Assembly: GCA_902801325.1 (NCBI GenBank)
Contig: CADCHQ010000013.1
Location: forward strand, 73,434-137,433
DNA length: 64,000 nt
Reading direction: 5' to 3'
From: an uncultured Bacteroidales bacterium
GTDB taxonomy: Bacteria > Bacteroidota > Bacteroidia > Bacteroidales > Bacteroidaceae
Shown here one piece after another: positions 27,896 through 36,669 of the stretch; within the stretch, counting starts at the first letter, position 1; every line of letters starts with the position of its first letter. Both the position numbers and the translations under genes were made by a program. The notes under the pieces are model-generated. The model had not been told where the DNA came from and did no database searches. It saw nothing but the letters and a program-made list of their open reading frames with translations.

Positions 27896-29884
27896 TTATA
27901 AAGAACGTACGCTGAGGTTGGTGACGGCACTCTTGAAGTTTCCAGCTTGTCTGAGCGGGAAGAACAGTGTGGGGACGTAGAACATGCGCCTGCCCGTGGA
28001 GAAAACGGTGGGGCGGAAGGGGGCGTTGGTGGCCAGGTGGTCGACGCGGTTATCCTCCGTGATGACATAGACGGGCTGTGTGCTGAGCACCTGGCGGCGG
28101 CGTCCGTTGACGAAGAGGCGCGTCTCCTTGTTTGTGCCCTCGATGCGTATGTTCACCCTGCCCGACGACGGGAGTGTGTAGTTGAATTCGTTGATGTATC
28201 CGTCGCGCTCGAAGGCTAAGCACCCGTTCTGCGGACTGCTGAGGTAGAATGTGGCGTAGGGGCTCTGGGTGAGGATGGTGCCTTTCTGCTCGGGCTGGCA
28301 GTCGATGTCGAAGGAGACGGCATAGTCGAAGCCGACGTCGTCGAGGCCGATGTTCAGGGGCTTTCCACTTTCCACCTTTGCGAGTTTCAGTTCGCCCGTT
28401 CTCAAGCGTCCCAGCTCGTTCACCCCTGGGGCTTCGCTCAAGAGGGTGCGCATCTTGTCATATTCGGCATAGGGCAGGGTGGTCTTCTGCCCCGTCCAGC
28501 ACTTTGTGGATATCGTCTGCATGGCAGGGAAGAGGCGGTGGTGTATGTCCTTCGTTGCGATGCCGTTGCCGTAGTGGTCGTTCCATACGGCAAACATGCC
28601 ACCCTCCACCTGCGGATGCTGCTCGGGGAAGGTCTTGTTGCCCATCACGGCTGGCGTCCAGTGCTGATAGAGGTATTCGCAGTTGAGATAGTCGTAGTAG
28701 TAGCCTGCTGCGGGCACGATGTAGACGAGCCCGTCGGGGATGGAGATGAGCTGGTAGCCCAGTGTGGCCATGGAGTCGGGCTGGGCATAGTCGGTCGACC
28801 AACAGGCCATCAGCACGCCCTCGTGGCGGATGGGCGTGGTGCCTCGGGCATGGGTCAGCGAGCCCCACAGGAGGGGTTGCTTGCCATACTGCTGCATCAG
28901 TGCCAGATAGTGGTCGGTGAAGGCGCGAAACTGTTCCACCACCTGCTGGTCGCGGTTGGAGTATTCGTCGGTGCCGATGTTTACCCTGGGGCCACGGAAG
29001 ACGGGTTCCTTGCCCGAGAGGTATTCGTGGAAGAGACTGTCCATGAAGGTGTAGACGGCGGGGTTGGAGAGGTTGAAGTGGTCCATGCCGTACTCCTCGG
29101 AGCCGAGTTCAGGCCTGTACTGCGTGAAGGCCAGCACATGGGCCGGGGCGTCTATCTCGGGTATGATTTCCACGTGCAGCCGTTCGGCCAGCCGTTGCAG
29201 TTCGATGAATTCCTGCTTCGTGTAATGGCCGTCTTTGGCCGTCAGTCCGGGGTAGGTGTCGCACTCCAGACGGAAGGCTGAGGAGGTCTTGTTCCAGTCG
29301 TTCTGGAAGTATTGTTTGAAGCCGTTGTCGTTGAGGTGCAGTTGCAGGGTATTCATCTTGTAGTAGGCCATCACGCGCACCAGATTCCGCAGGTAGCCGA
29401 TGGGTATGAACTTGCGGCCGACGTCGAGCATGAATCCACGCAGACGATATTGTGGCACGTCCATGGCCTCGCCCTTGGGCAGCGGTCCTTGCTCGAGCAG
29501 TTGCAGCAGCGTCTGCGTGCCCCAGAAGGCCCCGATTGCGGCAGGAGCATCGATTTCCACTTTCTCGCCAATCTTCAGCCGATACCCTTCGCTGGGCGTG
29601 TTGTCCAACTTCTTGCATGTCAGCACGATGTCGCCCTCGCGCTCCTTGCCTGTGACGACGGTGAGTTTCTTGCCATTGAAGAGTAGGGCATAGTCGCTTG
29701 CTAGCTGGTCGGCAGCGGGGCGCAGTTGTTTGCTTCTGACCACGATGCGGCCGCTTGGCGTGAGTGTGCCGGTGGAACCTTCCCAGCTTGTCAGCTCGGG
29801 TATGGTAAAGGGGCGCTGATTCTTTTCGGCCCATGTTGTGGTCCCGATGAGGAGCATCAGGATCAGGAGCAGGTGTTTCTTCAT
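27896..29884 (-). CDS. GH20 beta-N-acetylhexosaminidase
   Basis: 662 aa with a signal peptide. Motifs HLNDNGFKQYF and IPEIDAPAHVLAF, plus the catalytic D-E pair in NIGTDEY. Confidence 0.88.
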   Translation of the reverse strand: MKKHLLLILMLLIGTTTWAEKNQRPFTIPELTSWEGSTGTLTPSGRIVVRSKQLRPAADQLASDYALLFNGKKLTVVTGKEREGDIVLTCKKLDNTPSEGYRLKIGEKVEIDAPAAIGAFWGTQTLLQLLEQGPLPKGEAMDVPQYRLRGFMLDVGRKFIPIGYLRNLVRVMAYYKMNTLQLHLNDNGFKQYFQNDWNKTSSAFRLECDTYPGLTAKDGHYTKQEFIELQRLAERLHVEIIPEIDAPAHVLAFTQYRPELGSEEYGMDHFNLSNPAVYTFMDSLFHEYLSGKEPVFRGPRVNIGTDEYSNRDQQVVEQFRAFTDHYLALMQQYGKQPLLWGSLTHARGTTPIRHEGVLMACWSTDYAQPDSMATLGYQLISIPDGLVYIVPAAGYYYDYLNCEYLYQHWTPAVMGNKTFPEQHPQVEGGMFAVWNDHYGNGIATKDIHHRLFPAMQTISTKCWTGQKTTLPYAEYDKMRTLLSEAPGVNELGRLRTGELKLAKVESGKPLNIGLDDVGFDYAVSFDIDCQPEQKGTILTQSPYATFYLSSPQNGCLAFERDGYINEFNYTLPSSGRVNIRIEGTNKETRLFVNGRRRQVLSTQPVYVITEDNRVDHLATNAPFRPTVFSTGRRMFYVPTLFFPLRQAGNFKSAVTNLSVRSL

Positions 29885-30099
29885 TTTCTCAGTAGTCTTA
29901 ATGGTTTTTTTGCTTTGGCCACAAAGTTAGAGATAAATGTTGGAGCACACAAGTTTTTGGAGTAGTTTCTCTCCACTGCTTGCGGTCTTTTGGTTTGGAT
30001 GTACGCAGGCTTCTCGGTGGATGCCTTTCCCATCGCAATGTGTAACGAGATTCGCCTGACTCTAAAATGCCTTGTAGAAGAGAGAGAGTTTCAGCATAC

Positions 30100-30257
30100 C
30101 AGTCTCAGTCTCAGTCTCAGTTTAAAAAATAGTCACAATTAACATCGAAACTATCTCTTTTAGACTATATAACTTATTAATAATTAGATAGATAGATATA
30201 GAATAGTGAGATGTGTATATGACTTAAAAAACAACTGAGACTCTGAGACTGAGACTG
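30100..30257. repeat. Hairpin element: inverted arrays of the word CAGTCT/AGACTG flanking an AT-rich core
   Basis: Left arm cagtctcagtctcagtctcag (30100-30120). Right arm ctgagactctgagactgagactg (30235-30257). The 114-nt AT-rich core includes gatagatagatata. Confidence 0.85.
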
Positions 30258-30754
30258 CAAGAACACGAATAGCAACATTAAATAACCATTTAACTTCCTA
30301 TAAAGCAATGAATTACAACTTTTTTGGAAACACCGCTCAAGCGATGCCCCGACCTGAAAAAGGCACAAAATGCATCAAATTGCTCCTCTCACAGGCCTCA
30401 AAAGACATGCGTTAACCCCTTGTTCCGATGTTTTTCCCAACTTTTGTGATATATTTAGTGCTTCGGAAAAATAGCACATTTAACTCATTTGGGAGGTGTT
30501 TTGTGACCAAATGACTATCCACGTTGCAGAAAATGGGGGTAACAAGTGCCATTTGGCACCCATAATGCGACAAATTTTGATTCTATTGGAGACCATAATG
30601 CAAGAGCAGTAGCGCGGCTCTTGGTTTAGCTATTGTCCATTGCCGCGAAAGTACAGGCGTTGTGCCTTGGTTGTAATTCCTTGAGGTCTTGCTTGGGCAA
30701 GTCTGCAACCCAATAAGTGTAATATGGTGACTCGGGGAAGGGGCGAATCGGGCA

Positions 30755-31648
30755 CTATGCCTCCTGACGCCTTGCGTGTTTCGCCTCTTGCCTTTCTGCC
30801 CTGGCTTTTGCCGAGAGGGCTTGGCGTGCTTTGTTGCGCCCTATAGCGATGATGCGTTCCGACTTGTCGTAGTCGAAGCTGTCGATGTTGTGCATCTTGA
30901 TATCGACGAGAATGTCGGGCCGCATGAGTTCGGTCATCAGTCGGGAGTTTTGCCTGATCATGATGCTGCTGCTGCGCGAGAGCAGGGTGAAATAATTGAA
31001 GTCGGCATGCTCGGGCGTGAGTTTGTCGATGATAATCTGGCTCAGCGACTTTTGCTTCTTCCTCCGTTCCTCTGCCTCTTGCTGAATCTTTGTCTTCACC
31101 TCGTAGTCTTGTCCGCTTACGTCAACGCCCACCAGCATGTCTCCTTCCCGCCGTACGACGCGATTGAGGGGTAGCGGGTTGGTCACTCCGCCGTCGATCA
31201 GAATCATGTCGTCACGTCGAACGGGACTGAAGAAGGAAGGCAGGGAGATGCTGGCGCGAATGGCCTTGAACAGACTCCCTTGGCGAAATACGACCTCGCG
31301 TCCCGTGGCCCAGTCGGTGGCTACGGCACAATAGGGAATGGGCAGGTCTTCGATGGGGATGTCGGGGACAATCTGCATGATGGCCTCGATGATGCGTTCG
31401 CCCTTGACAAGGTGATTGATGCTGAAGGAGAGGTCGATGAGGTCGCGCATCTTGTGCCGGTCGATGGTTTTCATCCATTCGCGATACTCCCGCAGTTTGC
31501 CTGCGGCATAAATGCCTCCGATGAGTGCTCCCATAGAACACCCTGCAACGGAGGTTATGCGGTGGCCCTGTGCCTCCAGTTCCTCTATGACTCCGATGTG
31601 TGCCAACCCACGGGCGCTACCGCTCGAAAGGACTAGTGCTATGTCCAT
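30755..31648 (-). CDS. Patatin-like phospholipase
   Basis: 297 aa with oxyanion motif SSGSARG, nucleophile GCSMG and DGG in LIDGGVTNPLP. Confidence 0.88.
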   Translation of the reverse strand: MDIALVLSSGSARGLAHIGVIEELEAQGHRITSVAGCSMGALIGGIYAAGKLREYREWMKTIDRHKMRDLIDLSFSINHLVKGERIIEAIMQIVPDIPIEDLPIPYCAVATDWATGREVVFRQGSLFKAIRASISLPSFFSPVRRDDMILIDGGVTNPLPLNRVVRREGDMLVGVDVSGQDYEVKTKIQQEAEERRKKQKSLSQIIIDKLTPEHADFNYFTLLSRSSSIMIRQNSRLMTELMRPDILVDIKMHNIDSFDYDKSERIIAIGRNKARQALSAKARAERQEAKHARRQEA

Positions 31649-31675
31649 GATTCCTCAGTTCGTGTATTTCCTTCC

Positions 31676-32650
31676 TCACACCGTTGCTGTCAGCAAGGTG
31701 GCATTCCCTTCGATGTCGAGTTTGTTGGCGCAAGCTGGTACTAATAGTGTCTCACCACGGTGCGCTTCGATTCCGTTCACTTCAACTTTGCCTTCGAGGC
31801 ACATGACGATGACGAAAGAATCGCAATGGTAGTCGATGGTGGTCTCTCCACACACATTTTCCCGACGAACGGTAAAATAGGGGCAGGCAACCAGTTCGGT
31901 AGAAGGTTTTTCTTTATCGTAAGGCGTGCGATACTCGGGATAGACGGTATAGTCGATGGCTTTCTTGGCTTGCTGGATGTGCAGTTCGCGCGGGTGGCCG
32001 TCGGCATCTTTCCTACCATAGTCATAGACGCGATAGGTGATGTCGCTCGTTTGCTGAATCTCGGCTAGCAGATTGCCTGCTCCGATGGCGTGGAGACGAC
32101 CTGCGGGCAAGAAGAAACAGTCGCCGGGATGGCTCTCGTAATTGGCCATGATGTCGGCAAAGGGGTTGTGACCTTCCTTTGCTTCGGACAGCGCCAGTTG
32201 CTCGTACGCTTCGGGAGTAATTTGTTTCTTTAGTCCTACATGTATCCTAGCACCCTCCTCGGCTTGGATGATATACCACATCTCGGTCTTTCCTGCACAG
32301 TTGTGGCGCTGGCGAGCCAACTCGTCATTGGGATGCACCTGTATGCTCAAGTCTTGACGCGAGTCTATGATCTTTATGAGTAGGGGGAAGGTGGCGCCAA
32401 AGCGTTCGTATACATGCTTACCCAACAACTTTTCCCTATACTTTCCGATAAGTTGGAACAGGGTGAGGCCTTTGTCCTTGTCGTTGTCCAAACCTCTGTC
32501 GGTGCATACGCTTTCGTGTCCTGGCACTCCGCTTATTTCCCAACTCTCTCCGATGTTCTCTTTGTCGGTGTTGATGCCTTTGAACGGAGCAATTTTATCG
32601 CCGCCCCAGATGACGGTTTTCAGATAGGGTTTGAATTTGTAGGGCTTCAT
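31676..32650 (-). CDS. manA: Mannose-6-phosphate isomerase, class I
   Basis: Motifs ESWEISG, SIQVHPND and YRVYDYGR. The start is set at ATG 32648-32650 (MKPYKFKPYLK). The ORF-track start at 32668 is a TTG inside a word array. Confidence 0.88.
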   Translation of the reverse strand: MKPYKFKPYLKTVIWGGDKIAPFKGINTDKENIGESWEISGVPGHESVCTDRGLDNDKDKGLTLFQLIGKYREKLLGKHVYERFGATFPLLIKIIDSRQDLSIQVHPNDELARQRHNCAGKTEMWYIIQAEEGARIHVGLKKQITPEAYEQLALSEAKEGHNPFADIMANYESHPGDCFFLPAGRLHAIGAGNLLAEIQQTSDITYRVYDYGRKDADGHPRELHIQQAKKAIDYTVYPEYRTPYDKEKPSTELVACPYFTVRRENVCGETTIDYHCDSFVIVMCLEGKVEVNGIEAHRGETLLVPACANKLDIEGNATLLTATV

Positions 32651-32656
32651 TGGGAT

Positions 32657-32690
32657 GTCAAATGTCAAATGTTAAATATTGAATGTTAAG
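32657..32690. repeat. Tandem 7-nt word array (GTCAAAT) upstream of manA
   Basis: gtcaaatgtcaaatgttaaatattgaatgttaag. The word is related to the arms of the 13558-13784 element. It is followed by the shared 15-mer aaggctgcgattgag (reverse complement of CTCAATCGCAGCCTT, also at 53297). Confidence 0.85.
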
Positions 32691-32769
32691 GCTGCGATTG
32701 AGCGAGAGAAGAGCCAAACTTGTTTGAGCTATTCCAAGCGTGAGCAGACTCGAGACGCAGTTTTAAATG

Positions 32770-33519
32770 TCAAACTTTTTCGTTCCATATCTCCCAGCTT
32801 GCAAGGGCTTGCAGGTGCAGCATCTCCAGTCCGTTTTTTGTGGTTGCGCCTTGTTCGGCGCCATGTTTCAGGAAGAGCGTCTCTTCGGGATTGTACACGA
32901 GGTCGAAAAGTAGGTGGTTCTCGGTTAGCGCTTCGTAGGGTAGAGATGGTGCTTCGTCGATGTGCGGAAACATACCAACGGGTGAACAGTTAACGATGAT
33001 CTGGTATTGCTTTAGTAGGGCTGGAGTGATGTCCTCGTAACACAATATACCTGGGTGCGAACTGCGACTGACATACGTCCAGTTTATGCCCATGTGAGTT
33101 AAGGCTACCCGTACGGCTTGCGATGCTCCACCTGTGCCGAGAATCAGTGCGTTACGATGCGTTGGTTTAAGTAAAGGTTTAATACTTTCCTTGAAACCGA
33201 TATAGTCGGAATTGAATCCTTCCAGTGTGCATCCTCCATCATCTTTCCTACGGATTCGTATCACGTTGACAGCGCCAATCTCCCGTGCTTCGTCCGATAT
33301 CGAGTCGAGCATGGGCATGATGGCCCGCTTGTGGGGAATCGTGCAATTTAGTCCTCGCAGTTCTGGATTCTGTTTGACCACGTCCAACAACATACGGGCA
33401 TCGGCTATCTCATAGTTGTCATAGACGGCGTTGATGCCCTCGCGCAAGAATTTCTCGGTAAAGAATCGCTTGCTGAAACTATGTCCTAAAGGATAACCGA
33501 TAAGTCCGTATTTGTCCAT
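32770..33519 (-). CDS. aroE: Shikimate dehydrogenase
   Basis: 249 aa with N-terminus YGLIGYPLGHSFSKRFF and the NADP-binding motif LGTGGASQAV. Confidence 0.9.
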   Translation of the reverse strand: MDKYGLIGYPLGHSFSKRFFTEKFLREGINAVYDNYEIADARMLLDVVKQNPELRGLNCTIPHKRAIMPMLDSISDEAREIGAVNVIRIRRKDDGGCTLEGFNSDYIGFKESIKPLLKPTHRNALILGTGGASQAVRVALTHMGINWTYVSRSSHPGILCYEDITPALLKQYQIIVNCSPVGMFPHIDEAPSLPYEALTENHLLFDLVYNPEETLFLKHGAEQGATTKNGLEMLHLQALASWEIWNEKV

Positions 33520-33559
33520 ATTTTTTAAATTAATTGTATGCTTTCGAATGCCCCTTTGC

Positions 33560-33734
33560 CTTCCGATTTTGCACCTTAGGTCTTCCGCGTTTGCGCCTTA
33601 GGTCTTCCGCGTTTGCACCTTAGGTCTTCCGCATTTGCGCCTTAGGTCTTCCGCGTTTGCACCTCAGGTCTTCCGCGTTTGCGCCTTAGGTCTTCCGCGT
33701 TTGCACCTCAGGTGCTCGGCGTTTGTGCCTTAGG
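33560..33734. repeat. Tandem array of eight 22-bp units (tcttccgcgtttgcRccttagg) with 44-bp higher-order alternation
   Basis: Unit boundaries are at 33560, 33581, 33603, 33625, 33647, 33669, 33691 and 33713. Units alternate between gcGcc and gcAcc variants and abut directly without spacers. Confidence 0.92.
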
Positions 33735-33778
33735 CCTTCGTCGCTAGGGCAAGCGTGCTCTGCCAATCCTATAATTGA

Positions 33779-34729
33779 TTACTTTCTGTTGGCAAGCCAT
33801 TCGGTAACGTTCCTGCTGATGCGTTTTTCCAAGTCGCCCTCGGTGTCGGCAGGCACGAACTTCTCACCAATGATGTGTTCGTAAAGCTCGATGTAACGTT
33901 CGCTTACACTTTGTGCATATTCGTCAGTAATCTCGGGCATTACCTGTCCGGGTTGGTTCATGAAGTTGTGTTCGATGAGCCATTGGCGTACAAATTCTTT
34001 GGAGAGTTGGCGCTGGGGTTCGCCTTTTGCGAAACGTTCCTCATAACCGTCGGCATAGAAATAACGGCTAGAGTCGGGGGTGTGTATCTCGTCAATGAGG
34101 ATAACCTTGCCGTCGCGCTTGCCAAACTCATATTTGGTGTCAACCAAGATGAGGCCTTTGCTTGCTGCAATCTCTGTACCGCGCTGGAAGAGCAGGCGGG
34201 TGTATTTGACCATCGTCTCCCAATCCTCCTTGCTGACTAGTCCCTGACGTACGATTTCCTCGGCAGAGATGTTTTCGTCGTGTCCTTCTTCGGCCTTAGT
34301 AGTAGGGGTGATAATGGGTTCGGGGAAACGTTCGTTTTCACGCATGCCGTCGGGCAGTTTTACGCCGCACAACTCGCGGCATCCCTGCTTATATTCGCGC
34401 CAAGCCGAACCTGTCAGGTAACCACGAATGATCATCTCCACACGGAATCCTTCAGCCTTCAGACCGATGGTGACCATGGGGTCGGGAGTGGCTAGTTTCC
34501 AGTTGGGAACGATGTCTGCTGTCAGGTCCAAGAACGAGGCGGCAATCTGGTTCAGCACCTGTCCCTTATAGGGAATGCCCTTGGGCAAGATGACATCGAA
34601 GGCCGATATGCGGTCGGTTGCTACCATTACCATCAGGTCGTCGTTGATGTTGTATACATCACGAACCTTACCATGATACACACTCTTCTGCCCAGGCAGA
34701 TTCAACTCAGTTTTTGTTAATGCTTTCAT
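33779..34729 (-). CDS. purC: Phosphoribosylaminoimidazole-succinocarboxamide synthase
   Basis: 316 aa, SAICAR synthetase-like throughout (GKVRDVY..., [11 protein letters not shown]). Confidence 0.93.
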   Translation of the reverse strand: MKALTKTELNLPGQKSVYHGKVRDVYNINDDLMVMVATDRISAFDVILPKGIPYKGQVLNQIAASFLDLTADIVPNWKLATPDPMVTIGLKAEGFRVEMIIRGYLTGSAWREYKQGCRELCGVKLPDGMRENERFPEPIITPTTKAEEGHDENISAEEIVRQGLVSKEDWETMVKYTRLLFQRGTEIAASKGLILVDTKYEFGKRDGKVILIDEIHTPDSSRYFYADGYEERFAKGEPQRQLSKEFVRQWLIEHNFMNQPGQVMPEITDEYAQSVSERYIELYEHIIGEKFVPADTEGDLEKRISRNVTEWLANRK

Positions 34730-34743
34730 CTTGAAATATATTT

Positions 34744-34797
34744 ATTTGACGATTTGACGATTTGACGATTTCACAACTTTCAACTCTCAACTGTCAC
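34744..34797. repeat. Tandem 8-nt word array (ATTTGACG)3 followed by degenerate words
   Basis: atttgacgatttgacgatttgacgatttcacaactttcaactctcaactgtcac. It lies upstream of the purC ATG and overlaps the phoH stop. The same word recurs at 45311-45353. Confidence 0.85.
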
Positions 34798-35730
34798 CTC
34801 TTTCTGTTTCTCGTATGCTTCCACAATGCGGGTTACGAGCTTGTGACGCACGATGTCGCCTTTGTCCGTTTCTATGAACGAGATACCCTTCACATCCTTC
34901 AGTATCTTTATGGCATTCACCAAACCCGATTGAGTGGAGTGGGGGAGATCTATCTGGGTCATGTCGCCTGTAATAATCATCTTACAATTCATGCCCATGC
35001 GCGTGAGAAACATCTTTAATTGTGGTATGGTGGTGTTCTGTGCTTCGTCGAGAACTACTACCGCATCATTTAACGTTCGTCCGCGCATAAAGGCAAGCGG
35101 GGCTATCTGTATGATTTTCTGCTCCATCATCTCCTGTAGTTTGGCTGCAGGAATCATGTCCTCCAGGGCATCGTACAAGGGTTGCAGATAGGGGTCAATC
35201 TTGTCTTTCATATCACCAGGAAGAAATCCCAGTTTCTCGCCAGCCTCTACGGCAGGACGTGAGAGGATGATTTTGCGAACGGCTTTCTGTTTTAATGCCT
35301 GAACGGCAAGGGCAATGCCCGTGTATGTCTTTCCGCTTCCCGCTGGTCCTATGGCAAACACCATGTCGTCCTTGTGGAAAGCCTCCACCATGCGTTGCTG
35401 GTTCTTTGTGCGAGCCATGATGGGCCTTCCTGAGGTGCTGTAAACGATGACGCCCTGCACGCCCTCCTTGTTCGTCTTCTCGCCTCTCATGATTTGCAGG
35501 ATCTCTTCCTCCGTCAGGCTGTTGTAGGTAAGGCAATGGCGTTGCAGTTGGCTAGTCTTCTCTTCAAACTCGGCCATCACATCCTCGTCTCCCATAACAT
35601 GCATAACATTGCCACGAGCCACGATCCTCAGTTTGGGGTACAGCGCCTTAATGATTTGCAGGTTTGCATTATTTGCCCCATAGAAAACGATGGGGTCGAC
35701 GTCTTCAAGTACAATATGTTTTTCTATCAT
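34780..35730 (-). CDS. phoH: PhoH-family ATPase
   Basis: Walker A GPAGSGKTY with PhoH-like sequence. The start is set at MIEKHIVLED (ATG 35728-35730). Confidence 0.9.
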   Translation of the reverse strand: MIEKHIVLEDVDPIVFYGANNANLQIIKALYPKLRIVARGNVMHVMGDEDVMAEFEEKTSQLQRHCLTYNSLTEEEILQIMRGEKTNKEGVQGVIVYSTSGRPIMARTKNQQRMVEAFHKDDMVFAIGPAGSGKTYTGIALAVQALKQKAVRKIILSRPAVEAGEKLGFLPGDMKDKIDPYLQPLYDALEDMIPAAKLQEMMEQKIIQIAPLAFMRGRTLNDAVVVLDEAQNTTIPQLKMFLTRMGMNCKMIITGDMTQIDLPHSTQSGLVNAIKILKDVKGISFIETDKGDIVRHKLVTRIVEAYEKQKEVTVES

Positions 35731-35746
35731 AGTTTTAATTTCGCCA

Positions 35747-35754
35747 CAAAGATA
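35747..35754 (-). promoter_or_regulatory. Candidate -7 box TATCTTTG for phoH
   Basis: Reverse complement of caaagata, 17 nt upstream of the ATG. The (ATGGCAA)4 array behind it offers TTTG at 7-nt phasing, with one at an 18-nt gap. Confidence 0.45.
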
Positions 35755-35761
35755 CAAATTT

Positions 35762-35790
35762 ATGGCAAATGGCAAATGGCAAATGGCAAA
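35762..35790. repeat. Tandem 7-nt array (ATGGCAA)4 in a divergent intergenic region
   Basis: atggcaaatggcaaatggcaaatggcaaat, between phoH (minus strand) and the M15-like gene (plus strand). Confidence 0.9.
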
Positions 35791-35813
35791 TATTTCTTAT
35801 ATTTGTGGTCGAA

Positions 35814-36548
35814 ATGCGTCGACTGAAGAAAAAAATATACTATGGGGCTTGTGCGGTAACTTTTGCCACGCTGGCTGTAGTGCGCCAATGCACCCATGTA
35901 CTTCCTGATGCCAATCCGACGGAGGAGGAAGTAGTGGTGGAAACGCCTCCACCTCCTACCCACACACCTGCCTCATTGCCGAAGGCTTCAGCCACACCGC
36001 ATCCTATTCGAAGCGTGCATAGCTATCAGGATTGTTTCCCTGATGTGCAAGACGTGCAAATCGTTGCCGCTCACCGATGGGGTGTTAGACCCGTTCGCGA
36101 TAGGGCTCAGGCCGAAGAACGAAAGAGCGAACTCGTGTTTATCGGTTCGAATCCTTATTATCAGATCGACCGTGGAATGTCGAGCAGCATTCCCTATCTG
36201 GTTCCTCGTGCGGCATTGTTGCTTCAAGATATTGGACGCTCATATCTCGATTCTCTTTTTGTGAAAGGTGTACCCTTGCATCGCATCATCATCACCAGTG
36301 TCCTGCGTAGTGAGGAAGATGTGCGCAATCTGCAGAAGCGTAATGGAAATGCAAGTCCGGAAAGTTGCCACAGGTTTGGCACTACGTTTGACATCGCCTA
36401 CAATCGTTATGCCCATGTCGATCGTCCTGTAACCAACGACACGCTGAAGTGGGTGCTCTCCGAAGTACTTCGCGACATACGCCAGCAAGGACGTTGCTAC
36501 ATCCGTTATGAGGTGAAGCAGGGATGCTTCCATATAACAACACGCTAA
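35814..36548 (+). CDS. Hypothetical secreted protein with an M15/VanY-like (LAS-fold) signature (DUF5715-like, tentative)
   Basis: Start set at MRRLKKKIYYGACAVTFATLAVV (signal/anchor). SCHRFGTTFDI resembles the SxHxxGxAxD motif of M15 peptidases. The ORF-track start at 35769 lies in the ATGGCAA array. Confidence 0.5.
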   Translation: MRRLKKKIYYGACAVTFATLAVVRQCTHVLPDANPTEEEVVVETPPPPTHTPASLPKASATPHPIRSVHSYQDCFPDVQDVQIVAAHRWGVRPVRDRAQAEERKSELVFIGSNPYYQIDRGMSSSIPYLVPRAALLLQDIGRSYLDSLFVKGVPLHRIIITSVLRSEEDVRNLQKRNGNASPESCHRFGTTFDIAYNRYAHVDRPVTNDTLKWVLSEVLRDIRQQGRCYIRYEVKQGCFHITTR

Positions 36549-36669
36549 AACTATATAATCAAAAATTTTTTTCATTTCCTTTTAAACCCTCATGCCTGAT
36601 GTGGGTCATATAGTCGTGTGAATTATTTTTGAGCTCAATTGTATTTAAATCATTTAAAAACTTAAAAAT

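Noticed and set aside
30177-30368. 63-aa ORF in the gene desert
   Set aside because: It spans the AT-rich core and one arm of the hairpin element. It has low-complexity translation and no start context, so it is very unlikely to be coding.
33560-33734. Possible CRISPR array (regular 22-bp repeats)
   Set aside because: The units abut directly with no unique spacers, the repeat is shorter than CRISPR repeats, and no cas genes or leader are present. It is a plain tandem (mini-satellite) array.
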